Part shown: positions 10,701 to 18,353 of the stretch, piece by piece | How the letters are laid out: every line of letters begins with the position of its first letter | How positions within the stretch are numbered: position 1 is the stretch's first letter | From: Candidatus Stahliibacteriota bacterium | GTDB lineage: Bacteria > Hydrothermota > Tepidihabitantia > SM23-42 | DNA: 64,000 bases | Direction of reading: 5' to 3' | NCBI GenBank assembly: GCA_030602565.1 | Contig: JAUVZL010000004.1 | Location: 12,518 to 76,517 of the forward strand | Made by a program: the position numbers and the translations under genes | The notes under the pieces: model-generated | Told to the model about the DNA's origin: nothing | Database searches by the model: none | What the model saw: the letters and a program-made list of their open reading frames with translations, nothing else

Positions 10701-11309
10701 AGTAGGCTTGAATACAAAAAGGCGGTTTCATTGTGTCAAAAAGCTTTGAACATAAGCAAGAAAGCCGGTGACAAATGGCTCATTGGTAGTACTTCGCGCC
10801 AGCTTGGCGCAGTTTATACTGAGATGGATGAACTGGTTAAGGCTGAGAAGTTTACAAGTGTTGCCATGAAGATTTTTGAGAACATCGGCAATAAAAGGTT
10901 TCTTAGTGCAATCTACAATACGTTCTCTACGTTGAGAATAAAACAGAATAGACTGGATGACGCATTTGATGCAGCTAATAGGGCAGTTGATTTTGCAAAA
11001 GAGATCGAGGCAATCGATATACATATTAGGACACTCATTAATCTGGGGATAATATACAGTAAAGAAAGTCGCTTGAAGTCTTTGGGCAAATCAAAGAACT
11101 GCTTTGAGCAAGCGCTCAGTCTTGCCCAAGAGTTCGGCAACAAGAAATTATTGGCTGATTGCTATTTTGAATATGCACGTACTTTCTGGGTATTGGGGAG
11201 TAAACAGGATAAAAACAAAGCGCGTAAAAATATCGCCAAGGCATTGAAAATCTACAAAGAAATCGATCTCAAAGCGCGGGTGAAAGAGATTGAAAGAATT
11301 ACTAGATAA
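7731..11309 (+). CDS. Zn-ribbon + class III adenylate/guanylate cyclase + STAND-type ATPase + TPR repeats
   Basis: CPKCG..FCNQCG; LFADISGFT, DKFIGDCIMA, YTVMGDVVNLAQRL; GEAGIGKS and IIFEDCHW; MalT-like TPRs at the C-terminus. Confidence 0.92.
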   Translation: MKCPKCGFKNPEDARFCNQCGAQLHVVTRRRDRGQRRRVAVLFADISGFTPLSESLDPEEVRDLIDACLQRLAGVIYKYEGYIDKFIGDCIMALFGAPVAHEDDPLRAVISALELQQEIREFNKEKKLDFFLSIGVNYGLVATGDLGRPGEYTVMGDVVNLAQRLQYAAPKGRIYTSESVYKHTSEEITFKKLKRIKVKGKKVAVLVYEPQSVQRQYSLRRIKELPLVGRGQELDKLLSLYLKTESGSGQIVSIIGEAGIGKSKLTYEFKKQLTKDTFVIEGRGIQYLSSASYLVLQDILKNLLGIEEIRTKEKAAHQVDKFIKATHFSSLIRIVPFLKYFLGIPLSPGDHSRFTSMQPKDRIRMINEALRTLLLRISNIKPLVIIFEDCHWIDQETIDFMHWLAKDIGNKKMMIISLFRPEFNIGKKTQRLAHFTQLDLKPLNQDDTATLLYGLLRCKNIEDKLVRLLMKKSGRVPFYIHELVNNLLNNDIIYIEESTAKLRRGKESAVPRTLDELVMSKVDKLDGEQRVIVDIAAVIGDEFSVKLLNTVLELGKGLKDDLFMLIQKGIVQPLQTAKGTPTSEVKYTFGHSLMKEAIYQSLLRKTIKEYHQQIGFAIEQVYAHDLSEYFDVLANHFLIAGEKGKAVEYLEKAADRKKELYVNEEAIDLYHKAIKLIDKDNYKETADMYEKLGQIYELIGQYDKAKSAYAEMGKSGKKNVLTRARSFIARTEVFIGQGLFDQAIAMLSKAERALKTIRISNSKAKIERANILRLKCWIYRIKGKMDIAEKKGLEAISLIKKVKSKKAWQHNKELMHTLLVAHAPLAIVYSFLGEYEKAVHLLEQALLIAEDLGERRALGDVYNILGTIYRTQSKFNQAIDAFAMKLKISQELGDKGGIGIAYCNLGNVYENKGEYEKASELLKNYLKINRELGSKHGIGTAYCNLAVVYQHSCEYGKAVEVLEDALKISEELGDNRMITLVLQTFGEVYVSRLEYKKAVSLCQKALNISKKAGDKWLIGSTSRQLGAVYTEMDELVKAEKFTSVAMKIFENIGNKRFLSAIYNTFSTLRIKQNRLDDAFDAANRAVDFAKEIEAIDIHIRTLINLGIIYSKESRLKSLGKSKNCFEQALSLAQEFGNKKLLADCYFEYARTFWVLGSKQDKNKARKNIAKALKIYKEIDLKARVKEIERITR

Positions 11310-11320
11310 AGAATCAGGCG

Positions 11321-13441
11321 TTAAGGCAATACTTCAATTCTCGGTACAATATCCTGGATTATCTTGTGCTCGGCAAACCATTCAAGTATTGCCTGGTATG
11401 TATCCTTATCAGTTATTGTGTAGTCTATATTCTTGCCCAAGAAACGTTGTGCCCGCTCAGCAAGATAATCCTCGGTGGCGACTGTGTATTTCTTATTTGG
11501 CTTGAGCGTTGTTTGTGTAACTTTGATAGCTGAGTCTTCGGACACGTATTTGACTGTGAAACCAGAAATATAGCACCTCCAGTTTTCAGATTGATTCAGG
11601 TTATATTCCAGCATCTTTACTAATTCTTCACCCGATACTTTAAACTGACAGACCTTATTTCGGTAATGGCTATCATAGATGTTTTCAAGATAAATATTGC
11701 TTGAGATAATATCATTTCGGATCCCACTACGGCTAATCAGGGCGAGGTCTGCACCCGCAGCATCTTTGATCACATCTGCTTTCCAACAGCCCACAAGGGG
11801 ATCGTCACCCTGTTTTGTCAATTCAATTTCAGTCTTACCGATAAGGTATTTGTCTGGGGTATAGGTTTCAAATTCTTGTGTTCCTGGTTCAACGTTCCAG
11901 GAAACACTTATGCCGTCTGTAGACTGGGTACAGATAAGCTCCTTTACATCTTCAGTGAATCCCTCATAAACTACCGCACCATTGATAATCAACGTGGTTT
12001 CGTGTTCAGGGTTTAAGTAGTGCTTGGGTGGGAAGACACTCATTTTTGATATGTTGCTGGTGTTTATCTTTATTATGTTACCATACTTGACTTCGGCAGT
12101 GAGCTGTGCGAGTTGTCCCCAATTCTGCAAATCAGTTATCGCGGTCCAATACCACTTGCCATCTCTTGGTAATTCAGCAGCGCCAAAGATTTTTCTGGGC
12201 ACAATATCCTTTGCTTCTTTGGGTTTTTTGATCAATATTGACTGGTTTGATATAAAGATATTGCCATCTTCTGATCCGATATAGAAGGCGCCATCTGAAT
12301 ATTCTATTGACTTGGGTTTCCTTATCATTGGAGGAATCAGGTAGTACTGGTATTTTTTGAGGTTTTCTGTTTTAGCGATATAGTATAGATTGTCCTTCTC
12401 AATAAGAAGATATAAAGAATCTTCTTTCACCAATACATCGGCTAGTCTATCATAATCAAGATTCACCTCTTTGGTTCGCTTGCCATCAAAGCTAAAAAGG
12501 AGTGTTTTTGCCTGGGGGACGAGTTGTCGGTCTTTATTCAAATAGTCAATGTATTCACCAAAGAGCCCTGGTATATATAGTTTGTTTTTGAATACAAATG
12601 GGTTGGTTACATAGCAGAGTTTATCTCTGGGGATTATGTCTTCGCAGCGCCATTTTTTGCTGTCATATGTAAGGACATCACATTGACCAAAAATATCATT
12701 GGAAAGTATGAGATATTCATTGTCTGAAGAATATCTATGAGATAATGCTCCATGATATCTTATAGGGATGTCTTCTTTGGTCAAACCACTATAGGCAAAA
12801 GGGAATGCGTACAACTTATCTTTGTACACGATAAGAGCCTGTATGCGGTAAATACTGTTGTCCTCGCTCGGTGTTGCGTATGAGAGAGTCCAGGTCTTGC
12901 CAGTATCTGCTGAACAGAATATGCCCCCAAAGTAAAATTCAATATGCTCGCCGACACCACCAAAACTTCCTGTACTGACAAACAATTTTTCGTCATATGA
13001 TGCAAGGTGGTTGACGTGGATGCCATTCGGGATGGTTCTATGTTTTATCCAGCCGGTATCTGACAGGATATAGAAATTACCAAAATCCCAGTCTTCAGTG
13101 GCATCTATGCCAGGGATCATCAATGTATTATCAATGAGCTGGTAATAATATATCGCTTCATCAGCTACAGTAAAGTTAGAAACAAACTCCTCATTGTCTA
13201 AGTCATAGTATATAATATCAGTGGGACCAGTATTGACAACCGCATCACCATGGCCAAGATACAGTTTCTTGTTGTGGAATATAAGGTCATGTATGGGCCA
13301 TGCTGCTTGTTGTTTTTTTGCAGTAGGAAAACCGATCGATTCCAATTCTAAAAGGTAACACGGCGATAAAAGCTTCTGTCCCGTCAGAAAAAGATTCGGT
13401 AAAATAAAAATTAGCACAAGCCAAGACTTAAAATATTTCAT
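11321..13441 (-). CDS. Secreted protein with propeller-like N-terminus and 5'-nucleotidase C-terminal domain
   Basis: Signal peptide; Asp-box SADTGKTW; C-terminal ADLALISRSGIR..VSGEELVKMLE..YTVATEDYLA. Confidence 0.65.
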   Translation of the reverse strand: MKYFKSWLVLIFILPNLFLTGQKLLSPCYLLELESIGFPTAKKQQAAWPIHDLIFHNKKLYLGHGDAVVNTGPTDIIYYDLDNEEFVSNFTVADEAIYYYQLIDNTLMIPGIDATEDWDFGNFYILSDTGWIKHRTIPNGIHVNHLASYDEKLFVSTGSFGGVGEHIEFYFGGIFCSADTGKTWTLSYATPSEDNSIYRIQALIVYKDKLYAFPFAYSGLTKEDIPIRYHGALSHRYSSDNEYLILSNDIFGQCDVLTYDSKKWRCEDIIPRDKLCYVTNPFVFKNKLYIPGLFGEYIDYLNKDRQLVPQAKTLLFSFDGKRTKEVNLDYDRLADVLVKEDSLYLLIEKDNLYYIAKTENLKKYQYYLIPPMIRKPKSIEYSDGAFYIGSEDGNIFISNQSILIKKPKEAKDIVPRKIFGAAELPRDGKWYWTAITDLQNWGQLAQLTAEVKYGNIIKINTSNISKMSVFPPKHYLNPEHETTLIINGAVVYEGFTEDVKELICTQSTDGISVSWNVEPGTQEFETYTPDKYLIGKTEIELTKQGDDPLVGCWKADVIKDAAGADLALISRSGIRNDIISSNIYLENIYDSHYRNKVCQFKVSGEELVKMLEYNLNQSENWRCYISGFTVKYVSEDSAIKVTQTTLKPNKKYTVATEDYLAERAQRFLGKNIDYTITDKDTYQAILEWFAEHKIIQDIVPRIEVLP

Positions 13442-13493
13442 TTTTCCTCCTGATTGAGTATATGTGTTGGAGAGATGGAGTCAAGCCCGTTAA

Positions 13494-16094
13494 TTAAAAG
13501 GCTATCGATAGTCCAATTCTTACCTTTCTTGGTGCAGTATAGGTGTTGGTCGAGTCTTCCATGTCTGCCGCGAAAGCGTAGAATGCTTCTACTTGCTCCT
13601 CGCGGGTGAGTAGTCCATCATGATTCTTATCCGCCGGAGGCACGTAAAATCGCCTGTTATGAAAATCATATTCGAATGGGAAACACAGGGTATCGATAAG
13701 TCCTAAAGACACTAGTGGCGAATGTTCGCTAATCTTATATATTGTATTGAACACATTGATTATTTCCAGGTTGGCATTTAACAATACCTTACCTAATCTG
13801 AATGATTTTATAATAACGCAGTCAAATTGTTTCTGAAACTCATGTTTTAATACATTACGCTCTTCAGTTTGACCTTCGGCACCAGGTGGCGTATATGGAA
13901 AACCAACACCCAGATAACCGAAAAGATAGATTTTTGTCTGTAATGGAAGATTCGTAATACCCTGGATAAATATCCTGTGGCGCTGGTCAAAATCCAGATA
14001 ATATTCTTCCGCATAATATGTTAAAGTATCGTAGCTTTCCAGCCAATCATACAGATCATAGACTTCTTCTGCATAGGAACTCGTGCCGCGCGCCCATGAC
14101 AGCGTATAAGATATTTTGCCGGTGAATAATGAATTGGTAAATTCCAGAATCGCCTCACATCCTTTAATATTGGCTATCTCGATATTTTGGTAGCGCACAT
14201 AATCTCTGGGATAACCTAATACGAATCGAGTACCAATGAGGTCAGATATATCCTTGTAAAATATATTGAGCGTCGTGCTTAGATTGCGGTGTACCTGTCC
14301 CTGCAGGCCAATTTCATAGGCTATGGTTTTTTCTGGACCGAGGTCGGGATTACCAACCAAAGGCAACCATCTATAAAGATGGCGTGGTAATGGTATGAGA
14401 TTATAGTACTGGTACACATGATCATAGAGCGGCGGTTGAGTATACTTCCCCACATTGCTTCGGAAAAGGAATTTTTCAGTCACCATGACTGAAAATGCAC
14501 AACGCGGGGAAATAACTGTTTCCGGGTCACTATCTGGGATGCCGGTTTCAAAATGATCGATTCTGCAGCCGATTTTTGCATAGGCGCTTCTGATATCTAT
14601 GTTATCTTGAAAAAATAGAGAATATTCTTTGGGATGGAAATGATATTGATCGATAAGCCGACCCGTATCAAGAGCATGTATATATCTATGAGGTACAAAG
14701 TGAATGAAATTTTCTAAATCAAGATAGGTATATTCGAACCCTGCTTTTATTTCATGATATTTATGAGCCTGAATATTCGTGCTGAAATTTGCTTTCATGA
14801 CCTGCGATGATTTATCCTGATATTCAGGACCCTCGCCTTCGACTATAGGATAGTCATACAGCTGCAGTACGGGTGGTCCGTAATAAAACCAGTTGACGCC
14901 AAACGGATTTCTAGTAGTGAATTCCGGGTATTTCAGTAAATGATAATCCCTAAAAGCAAAGTCATCAAAAATACCATACTCGCGTTTTTCCTTTGCCCCG
15001 AACATCGTCTTTGAACATAACCTGCTAAGGGTTATATTAAAGAGTTTGCGTGAATCCGGCAGAAAATTTAAGCTGAGAACCTGAAGGTCGCCTTTTCTCA
15101 AGTCTGAGCGGTAGTGGTCAAGATTATATTTCCATTTTGTATCATAACGATCAAACTGGACCCTTGATTTTACGCCACTGAACCCTAATTTCAGTTTTCC
15201 TGATGGGATAAAAATCCATTTGCCGTACAATGTATAATCATATCGCTGTTTATGCGGCATAATTTGAAGCCTTGGATTCCAGTCATCAGTACTCATTACA
15301 TCAAAAGATAGCAGTCCCTTAAATTTCCGTGAAACCGGAATATGTACTGAGGACTGGTAATTTTGATACCCAAAACTATAGCAATCAAACATACTGGTTT
15401 CTGTTTTGCCGTAGAAATTAGTTTTAAAATGATTTGAAGGATATTCAGTTATTAAATTAATGACACCTGACATTGCCCTGCCGTATTCAGCATCAAATCC
15501 GCCGGGTAAGAATATTATCTCATCAATAATGCCCTTTGATATATTGATTGCCGGGGCACCAGTCTGAGGGTCGATGATCGACACATTATCAATTAGATAA
15601 AGAACTTCGGTCGCCCGTCCACCGCGTACATGCAAGGCAGTATCAAGCCGGGCAACTGATGGTTGGAATTGAACTAGATAGGTTGTATAATCAATAGGAA
15701 GCGCAGCAATTTCTTCTTTTCTAATAATATAGGTCGTGCTCGTCCAATCCTTTTCCACGAAAGGCGTCTTGTAGATTACCGTGATTGGTTCAACTTCGAT
15801 GGGTGATTGTCTGAGACTTACCTTCAGCCGAGCGGTCTGGTTTATCTCAACTGCAACGTTTTCAATCAATTGTGTTTCGTAACCAATACAGGAAACCTCA
15901 ATAGTATATGTGTTCGGTAGTACATTAAGAATGAAAAAAGCGCCCTCTTCATCCGTTGCCGTACCTGATTCTGTTTCGAGTATTATTACACTGGCATAAG
16001 GGATCGGTTCCTTCGTTGCCTCATCGATGATAACGCCTTGGACCTTGCCGGTTAGCTCACCAAATAGACATAGGACCAGAAATATATTTATCAT
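13494..16094 (-). CDS. TonB-dependent receptor with carboxypeptidase-regulatory-like N-domain
   Basis: GVIIDEATKEPIPYASV, plug LHVRGGRATEVLYLID, GGFDAEYG, GNPDLGPEKT, terminal Phe. Confidence 0.9.
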   Translation of the reverse strand: MINIFLVLCLFGELTGKVQGVIIDEATKEPIPYASVIILETESGTATDEEGAFFILNVLPNTYTIEVSCIGYETQLIENVAVEINQTARLKVSLRQSPIEVEPITVIYKTPFVEKDWTSTTYIIRKEEIAALPIDYTTYLVQFQPSVARLDTALHVRGGRATEVLYLIDNVSIIDPQTGAPAINISKGIIDEIIFLPGGFDAEYGRAMSGVINLITEYPSNHFKTNFYGKTETSMFDCYSFGYQNYQSSVHIPVSRKFKGLLSFDVMSTDDWNPRLQIMPHKQRYDYTLYGKWIFIPSGKLKLGFSGVKSRVQFDRYDTKWKYNLDHYRSDLRKGDLQVLSLNFLPDSRKLFNITLSRLCSKTMFGAKEKREYGIFDDFAFRDYHLLKYPEFTTRNPFGVNWFYYGPPVLQLYDYPIVEGEGPEYQDKSSQVMKANFSTNIQAHKYHEIKAGFEYTYLDLENFIHFVPHRYIHALDTGRLIDQYHFHPKEYSLFFQDNIDIRSAYAKIGCRIDHFETGIPDSDPETVISPRCAFSVMVTEKFLFRSNVGKYTQPPLYDHVYQYYNLIPLPRHLYRWLPLVGNPDLGPEKTIAYEIGLQGQVHRNLSTTLNIFYKDISDLIGTRFVLGYPRDYVRYQNIEIANIKGCEAILEFTNSLFTGKISYTLSWARGTSSYAEEVYDLYDWLESYDTLTYYAEEYYLDFDQRHRIFIQGITNLPLQTKIYLFGYLGVGFPYTPPGAEGQTEERNVLKHEFQKQFDCVIIKSFRLGKVLLNANLEIINVFNTIYKISEHSPLVSLGLIDTLCFPFEYDFHNRRFYVPPADKNHDGLLTREEQVEAFYAFAADMEDSTNTYTAPRKVRIGLSIAF

Positions 16095-16192
16095 TTTACC
16101 CCTCTTTCTATGATATTATAGTAACTATACCTATATTGTCAAGGCTCTGACTGGAAACCTCGTCTACGAAAATCGTCTATTGTCAGGCAAAT

Positions 16193-16290
16193 GGGGTCAA
16201 ATCTCGAAACTTGAAACTAATTGACGGCACTATAGAAATCCAAACAAGTGTTTGATGGCACGACCTTACCGATTATAGAAAAAGAACTGT
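16193..16290 (+). pseudogene. Probable remnant of a REP-associated tyrosine transposase (Y1/RAYT) 5' end
   Basis: ATG at 16255 reads MARPYRL*KKNC, like RAYT N-termini of the MARPYRLQxxNC type with a TAG at the Gln; preceded by GGGGTCAAATCTCGAAACTTGA. Very short match. Confidence 0.4.
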
Positions 16291-16425
16291 GTAAGCAATG
16301 AATTCTCTGCTCTTAACAATTGGCAAAACCAATAAATCCTATACAATGTTGTGGGGAGATCAGAAGATAAAGCAAAATAGATTGTGCAATTTGGACAAAA
16401 GTATCTATCGATAATCAATCTTTTA

Positions 16426-16453
16426 TTGACAAGTATGTCATTTTAATTATAAT
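16426..16453 (+). promoter_or_regulatory. Promoter of tRNA-Asn
   Basis: Perfect TTGACA-N16-TATAAT ending 8 nt before the tRNA. Confidence 0.85.
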
Positions 16454-16461
16454 AGCACGAT

Positions 16462-16827
16462 TCCTCGGTAGCTCAACGGTAGAGCATCCGGCTGTAACAA
16501 AAGCAGCTTCCACGAGAAATCGTGGTTGAAAAATCGGGTGAATTCAGGGAAGCCTAAGTTCTGATTTTTGTCATTGCGAGCGCGAGCGAAGCAATCTCAT
16601 ATTGGAATATGGTAATCCTGAGCCAAGCCCCGCACTTTTGATAAAAGTGCGGGGAAGGTGCAGAGACTATTCCGTAAGGAAGTACTTTTCGCTCAGTGCG
16701 GAAGGGAAGCGCCCGATCCCGCAATACCGGTAATAATTCGGTATCGGGAATGAGATAGTCCATTCTCTGATGAAAATCAGAGGTCAATGTAACCGGAGGG
16801 TTGCAGGTTCGAATCCTGCCCGAGGAG
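16462..16827 (+). tRNA. trnN: tRNA-Asn(GUU), exons 16462-16495 and 16790-16827, intron-containing; CCA not encoded
   Basis: Joined exons give TCCTCGGTAGCTCAACGGTAGAGCATCCGGCTGT|TAACCGGAGGGTTGCAGGTTCGAATCCTGCCCGAGGAG: 7-bp acceptor stem, TCCGG/CCGGA anticodon stem, 7-nt loop CT-GTT-AA, GTTCGAA T-loop, G discriminator. Confidence 0.95.
16496..16789 (+). ncRNA. Group I self-splicing intron (294 nt, no ORF) between anticodon positions 35 and 36
   Basis: P1 GCTGT/GCAGC with U.G at the splice site; P2 CCACGA..TCGTGG; P3 TCGGGTG/CGCCCGA; P AATTCAGGGAA; Q AATCCTGAGC; R CAGAGACTA; S GATAGTCC; P9 CTCTGAT..ATCAGAG; terminal G at 16789. Confidence 0.93.
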
Positions 16828-16930
16828 TTATTATTTCTCTTAACGAGGGTAGTGAGTTTAGAGAAATATAATCTCGAATCCCGTGATAACGGGTGAGAGA
16901 TACCTTTTTGAAACTCTGTTTAAACAAATA

Positions 16931-17209
16931 ATGGCAAAGATAATCCCACAACCTTGGTTTGTCTATATTGTTGAATGCAAAGATAAATCACTTTATGTGG
17001 GGATTACTACAGAAATTGAAAAGAGAATCAATGACCACAATTCAGGAAAAGGTTGTCACTATACTAAATACAGAAAGCCCGTTAAGCTTTTATTCTATGA
17101 AAAACATAAGAACCGCAGTTCAGCAGTCAAAAGAGAGCTGGAGATCAAAAAATTCAGCAGAGCGAAGAAGTTTGATCTAATAAAGAATGATTTCTTGAGT
17201 TGCAAATGA
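16931..17209 (+). CDS. Small GIY-YIG nuclease (UPF0213/YhbQ-like)
   Basis: FVYIVECKDKSLYVGIT..RINDHNSGKG..YTKYRKP..AVKRELEIKK; ATG at 16931 preferred. Confidence 0.9.
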   Translation: MAKIIPQPWFVYIVECKDKSLYVGITTEIEKRINDHNSGKGCHYTKYRKPVKLLFYEKHKNRSSAVKRELEIKKFSRAKKFDLIKNDFLSCK

Positions 17210-17240
17210 GATTATTAAGAGTATATTCGTAAATACCCCT

Positions 17241-17347
17241 CTGGCTTTTAATAAAAGCCCTTATTTTCTCTCTTGAGCTTTACGGGGATTAAACTCAACT
17301 TCTGCTTGCGTATCAGCTGATACTCTTGTATAAACAGCACATTTCAT
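17241..17347 (-). pseudogene. Serine recombinase N-terminal remnant, frameshifted and truncated
   Basis: MKCAVYTRVSADTQAEVEFNPRKAQE contains the catalytic YxRVS motif; a shifted frame continues EKIRAFIKSQ; the direct frame stops at 17261-17263. Confidence 0.75.
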
Positions 17348-17391
17348 AATATTATTTGTGATGAAATATTAATTCTTTAACTCTTCCATTT

Positions 17392-17514
17392 TCATATTAG
17401 TTCTTTGCGGCCTTTCCTTATTTGATAAAAAGCAATTAATATTCCAATAATTGCAGCTACTGCTCCAATGACGACAGCGATAGTTTTAATCTCCAACCAA
17501 GTGAGTTCATTCAT
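17392..17514 (-). CDS. 40-aa single-TM peptide, not in the ORF track; possibly a gene remnant
   Basis: MNELTWLEIKTIAVVIGAVAAIIGILIAFYQIRKGRKELI; GAGGAGG upstream; hydrophobic stretch followed by a basic tail. Confidence 0.45.
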   Translation of the reverse strand: MNELTWLEIKTIAVVIGAVAAIIGILIAFYQIRKGRKELI

Positions 17515-17570
17515 TTAGCTGGGTAAACCTCCTCATCTTTGTAATATGTACAGAGTTCCTCAGGATACTG

Positions 17571-18347
17571 CTAATCAATTTTAGGAGGGTAGAACACTCC
17601 CAAAATCATAAAATTATCGCGGAAGCGTTTCATGTTACCAACAAAGAAAAAAACATCATTTTTATCTGAGCACATTCGGGTTAACCAACGTTCTTTTATC
17701 TTTTCTAACAGTAAACCCTGCGATTTATATTTCATACGCCAGTCACGGTAAGCTTGTCCTATTTCCCAATCAATGATAGGATAGTTATGTCCAGGGCATG
17801 AGGGTTCATTATGACAATAGAATTTGTAGCGGAAATCATAAGGTATATTCTCAATCACCTCTTTATTTCTATCAAAGAGACTAAGCTGTGCATAGCATGA
17901 TTTTCTTGCCATCTCATCTTTTGGTTTTGCCTTAAGGCATTCAAAATCTACATTATGTGGTCTAAAGACTCCCAAAGATTTATCATTTTTCTTGCTTTTT
18001 CTCAATATTTCGCACATAGACTTATCAAGTGTAGAAAGAACCATTCTTTTTCTTCTATCCCATTTATTTCTTGTATCTAAATAACCTAATACTTTAATAC
18101 TACCTGCATCGATTTTGTAACTTTCTGGTCTTTTATCATCCTTTGGTTTATGTACTTTTACTTTAATTATACTATATTTTTTGAATTTTTTATCTTCATC
18201 TAAATCTCTAAAGGATATGGGATAAAGCCTTATCCATTTTCTTTTGTCAGTATCTATGCCTGCAACACAGACAGTTTCGCCATACTTTCTGCTCGGGTTA
18301 GGATATGCTTTTACAGTGATGAGGATTGTCTTTGTTTCATCATACAT
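17571..18347 (-). CDS. Conserved hypothetical partner of DUF488 (probable OB-fold nucleic-acid-binding protein)
   Basis: TVKAYPNPSRKYGETVCVAG..WIRLYP, DKRPES, IDWEIG, FFVGN, GVFYPP; 6 nt downstream of the DUF488 gene; AT-rich. Confidence 0.7.
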   Translation of the reverse strand: MYDETKTILITVKAYPNPSRKYGETVCVAGIDTDKRKWIRLYPISFRDLDEDKKFKKYSIIKVKVHKPKDDKRPESYKIDAGSIKVLGYLDTRNKWDRRKRMVLSTLDKSMCEILRKSKKNDKSLGVFRPHNVDFECLKAKPKDEMARKSCYAQLSLFDRNKEVIENIPYDFRYKFYCHNEPSCPGHNYPIIDWEIGQAYRDWRMKYKSQGLLLEKIKERWLTRMCSDKNDVFFFVGNMKRFRDNFMILGVFYPPKID

Positions 18348-18353
18348 TTACTT

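Noticed and set aside
16462-16500. Reading the 5' half as tRNA-Tyr(GUA) or a tRNA pseudogene
   Set aside because: That join gives a 6-nt loop and an intron not ending in G; only GT|TAA gives a 7-nt loop and satisfies P1.
16554-16787. 77-aa minus-strand ORF as an intron-encoded homing endonuclease
   Set aside because: Antisense to the ribozyme core, with no LAGLIDADG, HNH or GIY-YIG motif; EIASLALAMT is simply the REP-like sequence translated.
5693-16827. Functional link between tsaE/tsaB and the nearby tRNA-Asn (a t6A substrate)
   Set aside because: They are about 10 kb apart, in different transcription units with unrelated genes between; likely coincidence.
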